This document shows, piece after piece, positions 10,646 through 21,171 of a stretch of 64,000 nt of DNA. A program made the translations under genes and the position numbers. Source of the DNA: Candidatus Marinacidobacterales bacterium (GTDB lineage Bacteria; Acidobacteriota; Vicinamibacteria; Marinacidobacterales; DATDRI01); assembly GCA_965226495.1 (NCBI GenBank), contig OZ245365.1, positions 1,888,001 through 1,952,000 on the forward strand, given 5' to 3'. Each line of letters opens with the position of its first letter. Positions within the stretch are counted from its first letter, which is position 1. The notes beneath the pieces were generated by a model, which saw nothing but the letters and a program-made list of their open reading frames with translations, was not told where the DNA came from and did no database searches.

Positions 10646-11916
10646 AAAGTGAAATCAAGATTGCAATCGCGGGCGTTGGCAACTGTGCCAGCTCCCTGGT
10701 TCAGGGACTTGAGTACTATCGGCACCACGATACCTCAGAAGCTGCCGGGCTTATCCATCCTGAACTTGGTGGCTACCGAATCGAGCACGTCGAGGTCGTT
10801 GCTGCATTCGATGTGGATCGGCGAAAAGTAGGGCGGCCCCTTCACGAGGCGGTTTTTGCCAAACCCAACTGCACAACAGTGTTCCAACGAGAACTTTCCG
10901 AGACTAGCGTCACTGTCCAGATGGGGCCCGTCTTGGACGGGATTGCGGGTCACATGGATCGCTATCCCAACGACCGGGCCTTTCGTCTGTCCGATGCCGA
11001 GCCGGTTGATATTTTGGAAGCGCTCAATGCATGCGGCGCGGAGATCCTCGTCTGCTACCTGCCGGTAGGTTCGGAGCAGGCCGTGCGACACTACGCGAAG
11101 GCGTGCCTCGATGCTGGTGTCGCCATGGTCAACTGCGTGCCGGTGTTCATCGCCTCTCATCCGGAGTTCGCCGAGGAGTTCAAGAAGAAAGGACTTCCGA
11201 TAGTAGGCGACGATATCAAGAGCCAGTTCGGCGCCACGCTCCTGCACCGAATCATCACGCGCACACTCGGCGACCGTGGCGTGAAGATCGAGCGTACCTA
11301 CCAACTCAACACGGGCGGCAATACCGACTTCCTGAATATGTTGGAACAGACCCGACTCGCGACCAAGAAAGTCTCAAAGACGGAATCGGTGCAGTCTCAG
11401 CTCGACCAACGCCTCGCGGACGAGAACATTCACATCGGCCCCTCCGACTACGTGCCCTGGCAGAACGACAACAAGGTCTGCTTTCTTCGCATGGAATGGC
11501 GCGGCTTCGGCGACGTTCCGATGAACCTCGAGGCGCGGCTCTCCGTTGAAGACTCGCCGAACTCCGCGGGCGTGGTGATCGACGCCATCCGGTGCGCCAA
11601 GCTGGCACTCGACCGAAAGATCGGCGGGCCGCTGGATGCTGCATCCGCCTGCATGATGAAGCACCCGCGGAAGCAGATGCGCGACAGCGAAGCATTTATT
11701 GCACTGGAGCGGTTCATTCGAGGGCAAGATGGCATGACCAGCGCCCCGTTCCACGACACATCGACGGACTCTCAGGAGACGCTGACGTTGCTGAGGCCGC
11801 ATCAAGTGGATTCCCTACAGGTGCTCGATCAGGTTCGACCTGGGCTGGACCAGAGGGAAGCAGTTGGTGTGAATGCCAAGGGCGATGACCAGCTTGATCG
11901 CGGCGGCAAGCTCTGA
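10642..11916 (+). CDS. ino1: myo-inositol-1-phosphate synthase
   Basis: IAGVGNCASSLVQG, YLPVGSE, GDDIKSQFGAT, YQLNTGGNTDFLNM, SVEDSPNSAG. Confidence 0.95.
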   Translation: MKSEIKIAIAGVGNCASSLVQGLEYYRHHDTSEAAGLIHPELGGYRIEHVEVVAAFDVDRRKVGRPLHEAVFAKPNCTTVFQRELSETSVTVQMGPVLDGIAGHMDRYPNDRAFRLSDAEPVDILEALNACGAEILVCYLPVGSEQAVRHYAKACLDAGVAMVNCVPVFIASHPEFAEEFKKKGLPIVGDDIKSQFGATLLHRIITRTLGDRGVKIERTYQLNTGGNTDFLNMLEQTRLATKKVSKTESVQSQLDQRLADENIHIGPSDYVPWQNDNKVCFLRMEWRGFGDVPMNLEARLSVEDSPNSAGVVIDAIRCAKLALDRKIGGPLDAASACMMKHPRKQMRDSEAFIALERFIRGQDGMTSAPFHDTSTDSQETLTLLRPHQVDSLQVLDQVRPGLDQREAVGVNAKGDDQLDRGGKL

Positions 11917-11933
11917 GCTCGCAAAGGAGATCG

Positions 11934-13388
11934 TTGATGTCCTCGATAATACCGATTACTGACGCTAAGAAAAACAATTCCGGCAGCCTCCCTGTCGTCG
12001 TGTTGGCGGCCGGCAAGGGTTCCCGTGTAGCTTCGCTGGGCAATGGCCGCCCTAAGCCAACGCTTCGTTTGCTCGGCCTGTCCCTTGCCGAACGGATCAT
12101 CCTCTCCTACCAGGCAGCGGGTATTCAACGCTTCGTAGTGGTCCTGGGCGACCGTGCAGACGAGGTGCGTGAACACTTCCTGGATGTAGCGGTGCGGCGC
12201 GGCTGCGAGGTGGAGTGCGTCGTTGCCACCGACTGGCAGCTGGGAAACGGGGCCAGTGCTCTCGCCGCGTTTCGCATGGTGGAGGAGGAGCCCTTTCTGC
12301 TAACGATGGCCGACCATCTGATCGATCCCTCGCTGTTGGAGCAAGTTTTGGCCGCCCCTCCTGGCGAGGACGAGATTTGCCTGGCAGTGGATTCGAACAA
12401 AGAGAATCTCCTCGATCTCGAGGACGTGATGAAGGTGGACGTCGCAAACGGTCGGGTGGCCCGGATTGGAAAAGGCCTGAGGGATTGGGACGTAGCGGAC
12501 ACGGGAGTTTTCTACTGCACGCAGGTCCTTTTCGAGGGTATCCGGCAGGCATCGGCCAAGGGACAGTATGGGCTTTCGGACGCGGTCAGGGAGCTAGCGG
12601 CTGAGCGTCGGGTTCGCGTGGTCGACGTCACGGGGAAGCGATGGATTGATATGGACAACGCATTGGCATTCCGCCATGCGAAGCGGTGGCTTCTTTCCTC
12701 GGTCGTCAAGAACACGGACGATGGCTATGTTTCGGCGTATCTCAACCGTCCTCTCTCCTTACGGCTCTCGAGTCTGCTGGCCGAGGCGCGGATCTCTCCC
12801 AACCTCATTACCCTTGTCAGCTTCTTGCTTGCCCTGGGCGGCGCAGTGCTTTTCTCTCTACAGGGTTACATGGCGGGGCTGATGGGGGGACTCTTGGTTC
12901 AGTTCTCCTCGGTAGTGGACGGCTGTGATGGTGAGGTGGCTCGTCTCAGACAGATTGCCAGCCCCAGAGGAGGTTGGCTCGATACGATACTCGACCGCTA
13001 CGCGGAGCTTGCGGTGGTGCTGGCCATCACCTTTTCTTACTCCACCTCCCATCCGGGCCCTCTCGCCTGGATGGGGGGTCTCCTTTCCATTTCCGGGTAC
13101 TACATGGCAAGCTACGTGACCAAGGAGTTTGCCCTCCGGCACGGCAAAGCCTACCCGCCCAACTTCCTAAACCGCATTAAACGCCGGGACCTCCGCCTGT
13201 TAGGGATTTCGGTGGGGGCCGTATTGGGCATCGCGTTTGAAGCTATGGTTGGCCTTGGCGTGCTCAGCCACCTTTGCGTGGTGGGAATCTTGGTCCGCGG
13301 CTGGCGGCAAGGGGACCATTTCCAGCTAGCCGCATCATCAAAACGTGCACTCGACCTGGAAAAGGCGCCGGGCCCAGCGGTCATCTGA
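11934..13388 (+). CDS. Bifunctional inositol-1-phosphate cytidylyltransferase / CDP-alcohol phosphotransferase (IPCT/DIPPS-like)
   Basis: LAAGKGSR...PKP NTP-transferase domain; DGYVSAYLNRPLS, PNLIT, DGCDGEVAR...GGWLDTILD CDP-alcohol transferase motif; follows ino1. Confidence 0.88.
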   Translation: MMSSIIPITDAKKNNSGSLPVVVLAAGKGSRVASLGNGRPKPTLRLLGLSLAERIILSYQAAGIQRFVVVLGDRADEVREHFLDVAVRRGCEVECVVATDWQLGNGASALAAFRMVEEEPFLLTMADHLIDPSLLEQVLAAPPGEDEICLAVDSNKENLLDLEDVMKVDVANGRVARIGKGLRDWDVADTGVFYCTQVLFEGIRQASAKGQYGLSDAVRELAAERRVRVVDVTGKRWIDMDNALAFRHAKRWLLSSVVKNTDDGYVSAYLNRPLSLRLSSLLAEARISPNLITLVSFLLALGGAVLFSLQGYMAGLMGGLLVQFSSVVDGCDGEVARLRQIASPRGGWLDTILDRYAELAVVLAITFSYSTSHPGPLAWMGGLLSISGYYMASYVTKEFALRHGKAYPPNFLNRIKRRDLRLLGISVGAVLGIAFEAMVGLGVLSHLCVVGILVRGWRQGDHFQLAASSKRALDLEKAPGPAVI

Positions 13389-13599
13389 AAGCTTATTCCA
13401 GCCCAGGTGGCTGGCACAGCCCGACCAACAAAATATTGGGCGGGCCGAGCGACCGACACTGCGGGAACGCCTACTCGCAAAAATAGTTGGGGAACTTACG
13501 GTCTGGCTGTAGTCTGAGGCTCACAAGGGTGCGTCCGCGGGGGTGGATGCACTGAATCAGCTGATCGACCTATGGCCGCTTTTTAGAAGGAGCCGTGTC

Positions 13600-14240
13600 A
13601 TGGCAATTCGTTTGGGAGATACGGCTCCAGATTTCAAAGCCGATACGACAGAGGATCCCTTCAATTTCACGACTGGATCGGGGATGGTTGGGCCGTGTTG
13701 TTCTCGCACCTCAAGGACTTCACGCCAGTCTGCACCACCGAGCTGGGTGAAGTAGCGAAGCTCAAGAGCGAGTTCGACAGGAGGAACGTCAAAGTCGTGT
13801 GGCTCAGCGTGGACAAAGTCGGCGATCACAGGAGGTGGTCCGAAGCCTTCAAGGAGACGCAGGGGGCGGCCGTCAACTTCCCCCTGATCGACGACGCCAA
13901 TTGGAAGGTGTCGGATCTCTACGACATGATCCATCCGGAAGCCGACAACACGATGACCGTGCGATCGGTTTTCGTGATAGGTCCGGACAAGAAAGTAAAG
14001 CTCAGCATTACGTACCCGGCGAGCACTTGACGCAATTTCGACGAGATCCTGCGCGTGATCGACTCTCTACAGCTGACTGCGAACTATCAGGTGGCGACAC
14101 CCGTGAACTGGAAGGACGGCGATGACGTCATCATCGTACCTGCGGTGAGCAACGAAGAGGCGAAAAAGAAGTTCCCCAAGGGCTTCAAAGAAGTAAAACC
14201 CTACTTGCGCGTGACCCCTCAACCGAATCGCGACGCGTAA
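13600..14240 (+). pseudogene. 1-Cys peroxiredoxin (Prx6) pseudogene
   Basis: MAIRLGDTAPDF, DFTPVCTTELG, YPAST*RNFDE, VATPVNWKDGD; frameshift at ~13653 and in-frame TGA at 14028-14030. Confidence 0.88.
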
Positions 14241-14552
14241 GCCCGCGTCCCAGGGAGCTTGTTAGGCGATCCCCGGCGTCAGGCCGGGGGATCCACATCA
14301 AAGAGCACCGATCCGTTCTGCACGAACGGTCCACGCGCTCGAACCCATCCGGATTAATAATGATGAGGGACAGGCCCACGGGCAATGCGCTCGGCGACTG
14401 TGTATCTAGCAGGGCCCGCGTCGATAACCTATACTCTTCTCGTACACGTCAGACTCATCGACCCGCGAAACGGGGGAGGCCTTTTATGTCGGGAAGGGGC
14501 AGAGCACCGGCTCTTCCCAGGCGTCGGGTGTGGAAGTGCAACTTTGAGCTCC

Positions 14553-16739
14553 ATGGTATTTGAGAACTACGGCGGTATATTCCAGCTGCGTCTGGAAACG
14601 GCTGAGGATCTCGCCTCTCTGGGGAAACTGAAAGAGTCCAGGTGGGCGGCAACGAGCGCGCTGGTTGACTGTTTTCGCTGCGATCCCGCCGTGCTGAAGT
14701 GTCTCGACCCCGATGAGACCGGACGCATCCGCACCCAAGACCTGAAAGATGCGCAAGAGTGCCTGTTTCACTTCTTGAGCAACCGCGAGGGTACCACCCA
14801 GCAGAGCGACGTTCTGCGTCTCGACGACTTGGACACGACCCACTCGGAAGGCTCCAAGCTGCAAGAAGTTTGTAAGTGGATTCTAGAACAACTCGAAAGG
14901 CAAGGGAGCAAGGAAATCTCCCTCAAGCAGATTCGCGCCTTTCGCGCCGGCTACGCTCGCGTCTTCCCGAACGGAGACGGCATCGTGCCGCTGGTCGATA
15001 TCGAAGCCGAAAACACCCGGGCGTTCTGCGCGGATGTCGTCAAATACGCGGGGGAAGTCAAGGACGCTGCCGGAAAGATCGGATACGGGAAGGAACAGCT
15101 CCAGCGCTTTCTTGATCGCGCGCGAGCCATGCGGGATTGGATGGTCGAGGGAAAGCAGACGGCGGCAGGCGAGCAACGCAGCTCGGAGCTCTGGACGTGG
15201 GGCGATGCCACGCCCGAAGCGACCGCCATCGTCTTCATTCTCGAAGCGAAGCTCGAGCAGTTCTTTTTGCAATGCGACTTGTTGAGGGTGGAGCCTCGTG
15301 CGGCGAGCCGATTCGAGCTGAGCGAGGAGGAGCTCGATGGATTCGAACTCGAGGACGCCCTCGCCATCGAAAAGAGATTGAGCATGGCCCCGCTCAGTCG
15401 TCCGAACGCAGCCGGAGAATTGAACCTGAATAGCGCTCTCAATCCCTGTTATGAAGAACGGGTCTGGGAGCTCCGAGACAAAGTCCTGAAGCGAGCCTTG
15501 GGAACGGAAGTGGAGAAGCTTACCCGCGAAGACTGGGAAAAGGTGAAGGCTCTTTTCGAGCCGCACAAAGCCTGGTATGACGCGAAACCGAAAGACGAGA
15601 TCGAGGCTCTCGGAGAGGAAAGACTGACCGCCTACCTTGAAGGCGAGCTGCCGACAGAAGCGGAGGTGCTCATCGAACGCGACTTGTCCGTCAGAGATGA
15701 GCTCGAGCAAATCGCCACGGTGGAGAAGCTCTGCCTGCTGCAGCGCTGGCTCCTGGAGCTCGCGAACAACTTCGTGAACTTCTCCCAGCTGTATGACCCC
15801 AATCGGCGATCCCTTTTCGAGGAAGGCACATTGGTCATCGACGGTCGCGAATTAGCGTTCAGCATGAAAGTGACGAACCGCTCCGAGCATAGGAAGATCG
15901 CCGAAACGAGCCGTATGTTTCTCATCTACGCCGAGATCACCTCCAAGGTAATCACTTCCTCGCATCGTGAAAAGTTCGAGCTCGTCGTGGCGGTAACGGC
16001 AGGCCAGCGAGGCGGCATTTCCGTCGGTAAACGAGGCGTCTTCTTCGACATCGAGGAGCGCGAATGGGACGCGCGCATCGTGGAAGTCGTGGAGAATCCC
16101 ATCAGCCTGTGGGAGGCGGTGAAAGCACCGTTTCAGCGAATCGCAGGACTGGCCGCTCAGAAAGTGGAGCGGATCGCCGCAAGAGAGACTGAATCGATCG
16201 AAAAGGCCACCGAAGCGGGCTTGGAGAAAATCGACGCCACACCTGCAAGAGAAGAAGCCGCCGCCCCGGTTCACAAAACGTCGGTTCGCGACCTTTTGCT
16301 CGGTGGCGGCCTTGTTTTCGCCGCAGTGGGCTCCTCGCTGGCGTTCATTGTCAAGACCCTCTCGGAAGTGAATCCTTTGCACCTGGGGGCGGTGGTTCTG
16401 GCCCTGGTAAGCATCGTCACGCTCTCGAGCGGACTTCTCGGCTACCTAAAACTGCGATCGCGCGACATGAGCGCCCTGCTAGAAGCGGCGGGTTGGGCGG
16501 TGAACTTCCGCATGAAGCTGACGCGACGTTTGGGCCGACTCTTCACCCACAGGCGGGAGTTGCCCAAAGACGCGGTCAAGAGACGTCGCGATCTCATCGA
16601 CGGTTTTCTCGCCGAAATCGACGTGGCACCGTCCAGGCGGGGGCGGATTCTTGCCCTGATCGCCGTGCTCTTGGTGGTGGTTCTCGGGGTACTGGCTTAC
16701 TTGAATCCGGAGGTCTTGGCGGACCTCTCGTTGTGGTGA
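14553..16739 (+). CDS. Large hypothetical membrane protein with EF-hand-like N-terminal segment
   Basis: Long ORF with DPDETGRIR and NGDGIVP loops, two central TM helices and a C-terminal TM; start uncertain (ORF opens at 14385). Confidence 0.7.
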   Translation: MVFENYGGIFQLRLETAEDLASLGKLKESRWAATSALVDCFRCDPAVLKCLDPDETGRIRTQDLKDAQECLFHFLSNREGTTQQSDVLRLDDLDTTHSEGSKLQEVCKWILEQLERQGSKEISLKQIRAFRAGYARVFPNGDGIVPLVDIEAENTRAFCADVVKYAGEVKDAAGKIGYGKEQLQRFLDRARAMRDWMVEGKQTAAGEQRSSELWTWGDATPEATAIVFILEAKLEQFFLQCDLLRVEPRAASRFELSEEELDGFELEDALAIEKRLSMAPLSRPNAAGELNLNSALNPCYEERVWELRDKVLKRALGTEVEKLTREDWEKVKALFEPHKAWYDAKPKDEIEALGEERLTAYLEGELPTEAEVLIERDLSVRDELEQIATVEKLCLLQRWLLELANNFVNFSQLYDPNRRSLFEEGTLVIDGRELAFSMKVTNRSEHRKIAETSRMFLIYAEITSKVITSSHREKFELVVAVTAGQRGGISVGKRGVFFDIEEREWDARIVEVVENPISLWEAVKAPFQRIAGLAAQKVERIAARETESIEKATEAGLEKIDATPAREEAAAPVHKTSVRDLLLGGGLVFAAVGSSLAFIVKTLSEVNPLHLGAVVLALVSIVTLSSGLLGYLKLRSRDMSALLEAAGWAVNFRMKLTRRLGRLFTHRRELPKDAVKRRRDLIDGFLAEIDVAPSRRGRILALIAVLLVVVLGVLAYLNPEVLADLSLW

Positions 16740-17118
16740 GACAAGTTGAGCGCCGGCCCTCTGTGCCAACGTGCGTGAGACAGGGAGACCCTTTGAGTTT
16801 AATGTAGAGGGCGGAGGAGTGATGTCCCATGAACGCCTCTCCCAGAGAAATGCAGTTTGAGGAAACCTCGGAAACGGAAGAAGCGGGTAGCGACAGACCA
16901 CGATGGCAGGTGGCGAGTCTCAATCTCGTAGGGCCCGGTTTGCATCCTCGTTGGTTTTCCTCTAGCATCACGGGCTTGTTGTAAACGGCATGGAAGGCAC
17001 CGCGTGCACGAAAAGGACCAGTCATTATTGGTTTGTCGTTCTCGTCAAGAGTGCTGACGCGGTCGAGCCTGAGTTTGTGGAACCACACTGAATCATCAGA
17101 CGACGAGGAGATTCCGAA

Positions 17119-17628
17119 ATGAGGATATACCCCCGTACCGAAAGTCCAAGGGGCTTTACCGCAATTCTGTTTTGCCTGATGGTGCTTGCTCTAGCCGTCG
17201 CTTGTGGCGGAGGCGGCGACTCGGGAGAGGAAGTCGCTGAACCCGGAACCACGGAGGAGCTCGCCGCCGAGGAGGAAAGCTCGGGCGCCCCGCGGGTGTT
17301 CTTCACCGAGCCGTCCGACGGCGCCACGGTGACGTCACCGGTGACGTTCACGTTCGGCCATGAGAATTACTCCATCGAGCCCAAGGGTGAAGTTCACGCA
17401 GGCGCCGGACACCATCACATCGGCCTCGACACCGACTGCCTCCCGCCGGGCGAGGCCATTCCGGAAGCGGCTCCGTGGGTCCATTTCGGTGATGGCTCGG
17501 CAACGATCGACATGCAGCTGCCTGCAGGTCAGCACACGCTGACGATTCAGATTGGCGACGGCGAGCACGTGACGTCGGACGAGCCTGGCCTCTGTCAGAG
17601 CATTACCATTACCGTCGAAGAAGGGTAG
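17119..17628 (+). CDS. DUF4399-domain lipoprotein
   Basis: Lipobox AVAC; RVFFTEPSDGATVTSP, GHHH, VHFGDG, GQHTLTIQIGDGEH. Confidence 0.85.
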   Translation: MRIYPRTESPRGFTAILFCLMVLALAVACGGGGDSGEEVAEPGTTEELAAEEESSGAPRVFFTEPSDGATVTSPVTFTFGHENYSIEPKGEVHAGAGHHHIGLDTDCLPPGEAIPEAAPWVHFGDGSATIDMQLPAGQHTLTIQIGDGEHVTSDEPGLCQSITITVEEG

Positions 17629-17699
17629 AACGTTTCATTAACTTGGTCACCCTCCGCTGGCAGATGAGGACCACCGTCAGCGGGAGAGGCTCTTGGCCA

Positions 17700-17975
17700 G
17701 TCGCGCTCGCGTCTTGGTCGGCGAGTTTGGCGGTGCGGGGAGCACCCTCGCTTCGTTGGGCCCAGTCGGGCTTCAGGTACAAGAGCTTCTCCTGAAGAAC
17801 CTCGATCTGGCGGCTCCAGCCATACCGGTGAAAACCGTCGGGGCAGATGTGATTGCGGTCGGCGGCACCGGCGCGCCTTCCGGAGCGTTGGCGCTCTTCC
17901 AGCCGCCGGTCGATCCCTTGGTGGCACCTCTGGTCTACACGCCACCCCTTCAGATCTTTGCCCACCGGGTGGCGT
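17700..17975 (+). pseudogene. Chimeric remnant: class II fumarase/adenylosuccinate-lyase-like fragment joined to a GlmS SIS C-terminal fragment
   Basis: RVLVGEFGGAGSTLASLG..GLQVQ followed by PLVAPLVYTPPLQIFAHRVA; recognised from motifs only. Confidence 0.45.
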
Positions 17976-18089
17976 ACGGCTGGGTCGCCCCATCGACCGA
18001 CCACGAGGCTTCAAAAAGGTGGTAGGAGAAGCCTAATCACCATAAACGGGAGTCAAGCCCTTTCTATTTGAAATTTTTCCTAAGGGGCG

Positions 18090-18290
18090 GCTCGATGCCC
18101 GCGAGCGCGGTCGCAAGCCAGCGCTGGCGTTGGCTCGAGTTTTCCAGCGGTCGACTTTCGCGCAGCGTTCTTCGACGAGCGCATGCACGGCCTTCGAGGC
18201 AGTTCGCCGTTTTCAGCAAGCGGCCCAGCACCCCGTACACGCCGAGCCGATGCAACGTCATGGTCTCCTCGAGAAACTCTTCGTCAGTGA
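18090..18290 (-). pseudogene. IS256-family transposase scar
   Basis: LEETMTLHRLGVYGVLGRLLKTANCLE and QRQRWLATALAGIEP resemble the IS256 C-terminal region; frameshifted. Confidence 0.55.
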
Positions 18291-18433
18291 CCTGGCCTCT
18301 AGATTCGATTCCATATCTCTGGTAAATTCGCGCCACTTCCGCGGCAATGGGATTCACCCAGACGTAGAAGAAGGACAGCCCTGTGTCACACTTGACATGG
18401 TCATTCGGATTGGCAACAAGAAGGAGGCCCGTT

Positions 18434-19489
18434 ATGGATTTTTTTGCCAACATAAAAGAGCTCAGCGCCTATTTTAGGGACCCTTGGATCCAGTCCTTGG
18501 GGACCGTCATCCTTTCGCTGGTTCTGACCCTCGCCCTGCGCTGGACCCTGCGGTTTATCGTGTTGCCATTGGTTCACAAGACCAAAACTGAGGTGGATGA
18601 TATTACGATAAGGGCGGTCAAAGGGATTCTGACCTATTTGATCCCCTTGATTGGCCTGATGGTGGCCCTCATCCCTTTGTCTTTACCCACACCGATTCCT
18701 CAGCGTGCTCTTTTTTCTTTGCTTGCCATACTGTTGATGCGCAGCGCAATTGGGTTCGTAGATGTGCTGTCCAAGTGGCTGAAAACAACATGGGTGACTC
18801 GTACCCAGTCTACTTTAGATGATGCTCTGCTGCCTCTTATGGGCAAAGCCATAAAGGTAGTTGTGGTGCTTCTCGGTGTGTTGCTAATCTTGCAGCGATG
18901 GGAAATTGAAATTGCTCCCATGTTGGGCGCCCTCGGTATTGGCGGTTTGGCCATTGGCTTGGCTTTGAACAGCAGCCTCTCCAATATCTTTGGCGGCATT
19001 CAGCTTATTTTGGATCGTTCCATCAATGTTGGCGACAAGATCATGCTGGAAAGTGGTGAAGTGGGGGTGGTGCAGGACATTGGCCTTCGTAGCACCAAAT
19101 TACGGACCTATGACAACGAGTTGCTCTCTCTTCCCAATTCGCAACTATCCAATGCGCGGGTCAAGAATTTCACCAAACCCGATGTCAGTATTAGAGTAAC
19201 AGTCAATTTTGGGGTGGCTTACGGCAGTGATGTGGCTCGGGTCAAAGAGCTTGTCGTGGATGCAATTAGCAACTTGGACGATATTTCGCGAGAACCTGGA
19301 CCCCAGGTACTGTTCTTGAATATGAGTGATTTTTCCCTAGATATGTCGGCTCGAGTGTGGGTGGATGATTACGACAAGCAGTTTGCTAGAAAGCTTGAAA
19401 TGACAGAGTTGGTCTACAATACTCTTAACAAAAATGGCATCGAAATCCCTTTCCCCACTCGCACGGTATATATGAAACAATCCGAGTGA
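18434..19489 (+). CDS. mscS: Small-conductance mechanosensitive channel
   Basis: LGIGGLAIGLAL, NIFGGI, VGDKI, GVVQDIGLRSTKLRT, PNS, GIEIPFP; RBS AAGGAGG; visibly lower GC. Confidence 0.93.
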   Translation: MDFFANIKELSAYFRDPWIQSLGTVILSLVLTLALRWTLRFIVLPLVHKTKTEVDDITIRAVKGILTYLIPLIGLMVALIPLSLPTPIPQRALFSLLAILLMRSAIGFVDVLSKWLKTTWVTRTQSTLDDALLPLMGKAIKVVVVLLGVLLILQRWEIEIAPMLGALGIGGLAIGLALNSSLSNIFGGIQLILDRSINVGDKIMLESGEVGVVQDIGLRSTKLRTYDNELLSLPNSQLSNARVKNFTKPDVSIRVTVNFGVAYGSDVARVKELVVDAISNLDDISREPGPQVLFLNMSDFSLDMSARVWVDDYDKQFARKLEMTELVYNTLNKNGIEIPFPTRTVYMKQSE

Positions 19490-19572
19490 TCGGCTTCATC
19501 AGCGATCCCACGTCATTTTGCCATGGGGTAGTCCTTCGAAGTAGCCCGGCAACATTTGATTCCTTCGAAAAA

Positions 19573-19660
19573 GGATAGGAAATTTCATACGTGTCCGGCC
19601 CCGGTCCGCTCGAAATTTCCCCTCTGGGAAGGGGCTGTGCCGTCCAACTGAGTCCTGGTG
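19573..19660 (-). mobile_element. Isolated ISCR/IS91 oriIS end
   Basis: About 88 bp nearly identical to 25005-25092 and 26607-26694; minus strand ends CGTATGAAATTTCCTATCC. Confidence 0.75.
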
Positions 19661-19833
19661 TGGGTTGTCCCTCGTCATTATTGATCCGGAAACGACCTCG
19701 GCCTACGTGAAACTGCGAAGAGCGAGGCGGCCGGGGTCGATGAGTGCGAGATAATCCTAGGATCGCACCCACAGGTTCAAGCCATTGAGTGCGTCGTTGT
19801 TAAAGGGATCGAGCTGAGCGACGAAGGACGGCT

Positions 19834-20571
19834 TTACGCCGCTTCCCGCCACTCGTATCGGTGGTGCAGTCCGCCGACGCGCGGCAGCGCCACAACCTTC
19901 GCGTTGGGTGACGGTCTTGGGGTGACCGGTCTTCTTTCTGGCGTGTCTTTGTCGAGCCCCAGGTGACAACGGTCTTCATGGTAGTAAGCGGTGTACGAGC
20001 GCACGAGTCGGACGAGATGCCGCTCGCCGAAGATGAACACGTGCTCGAGGAGCTCGCGTCGACAACAGCCGATCCAACGCTCGGCGGTTCCGTTCTGCCA
20101 CGGGCTGCGATACGAAATGCGAACAGGCTTTGTGCCCATGGCCCGTATGAACTCGCCCACCCCAGAGCTGAAGATCGAGTCGCGGTCGAAGATGAGATAT
20201 CCAGGCGCGGTTTCGTAAGGAAACGCGTCGCGCAGTTGCTGGATCACCCAGGCGGGCGTCGGATTGAATGTGGCGTTGAAGTGAACGATGTGGCGGCGAC
20301 CATGCTCGATGACGAAGAAACCGTATAGGAGCCGGAGCGACGCGGTCGGTACGGTGAACAGGTCCATCGCAGCAATGTCGTCCTTGTTGTTACGTAGAAA
20401 CGCCACCCATCGCTTCAGCTGGTCAGGCTCCGCAGACCGCCGCGGCAGATATCGCGATACTGTCACCTCGGACACGATGAACCCGAGCTTAGCGAGCTCG
20501 GCATGGATGCGCGTCGCGCCCCAGCCATCCTGAGCCATGGTCCGGATCAGCTGACGAATCTGGGCGTCCAC
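19834..20571 (-). pseudogene. Second rve/integrase-core transposase, 5'-truncated
   Basis: WGATRIHAEL, AMDLFTV, YLIFDRDSIF, SPWQNGTAERWI, GGLHHRY; N-terminus missing; IS-end-like gagttttgacgagagacagg at ~20914-20933. Confidence 0.8.
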
Positions 20572-21171
20572 GCGCGGCCGTCCGGGATGACGTTGCTGAG
20601 AAATCTTCGCCCAGCCCGGCCACGACTCCCGAAGAGCGACCCAGAACGCTCGGTCCGTATCATCGAGCGGCCGGCCGAGGACGCTCCTTCTTCAGTGCCG
20701 TGACTTGCTGCCGAAGAGCCAGATTCTCAAGCACGAGGTCCGCGCGGCGACGGCATATCGCGCGAATTACATGCGCACCAATGGAAACGAGGAAAGTGAC
20801 AACGCGGAGCATAGCGGCGGAGTTTGCCCTTCCGGGGCCGGGATCTCAAGCGACCGAGGGTCGTTAGGCGACTCGAAGCCGAGGCTCGTAAGTGTCTGAT
20901 TTTAGGAGCCGACGAGTTTTGACGAGAGACAGGACTCGCCACTCACGCAGGCCCATCGGGAGAACCGATGGGCGAAACCGTCGAGGCGAGTTCCAGCGAA
21001 GATTTCTCGTCCAAATTACGCGAACGCTGATTGGCGCGCGGCGGAGCCAACCTAGCCCGGACTAGCTTCTAATAAACGAGACCCAATAGCGCGCTGCAAA
21101 AATGTTCCAAATGCGAGGCGCGCTAGATTCCTCCGTTTTTTACTAATGAGGTTGGCGACGCAAGCGACCGT

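Noticed and set aside
14028-14030. In-frame TGA at a conserved Gly of the peroxiredoxin as recoding (TGA=Gly or Sec)
   Set aside because: The position is not a Cys, many genes here end in TGA, and the gene also has a frameshift and other substitutions. Pseudogene decay is simpler.
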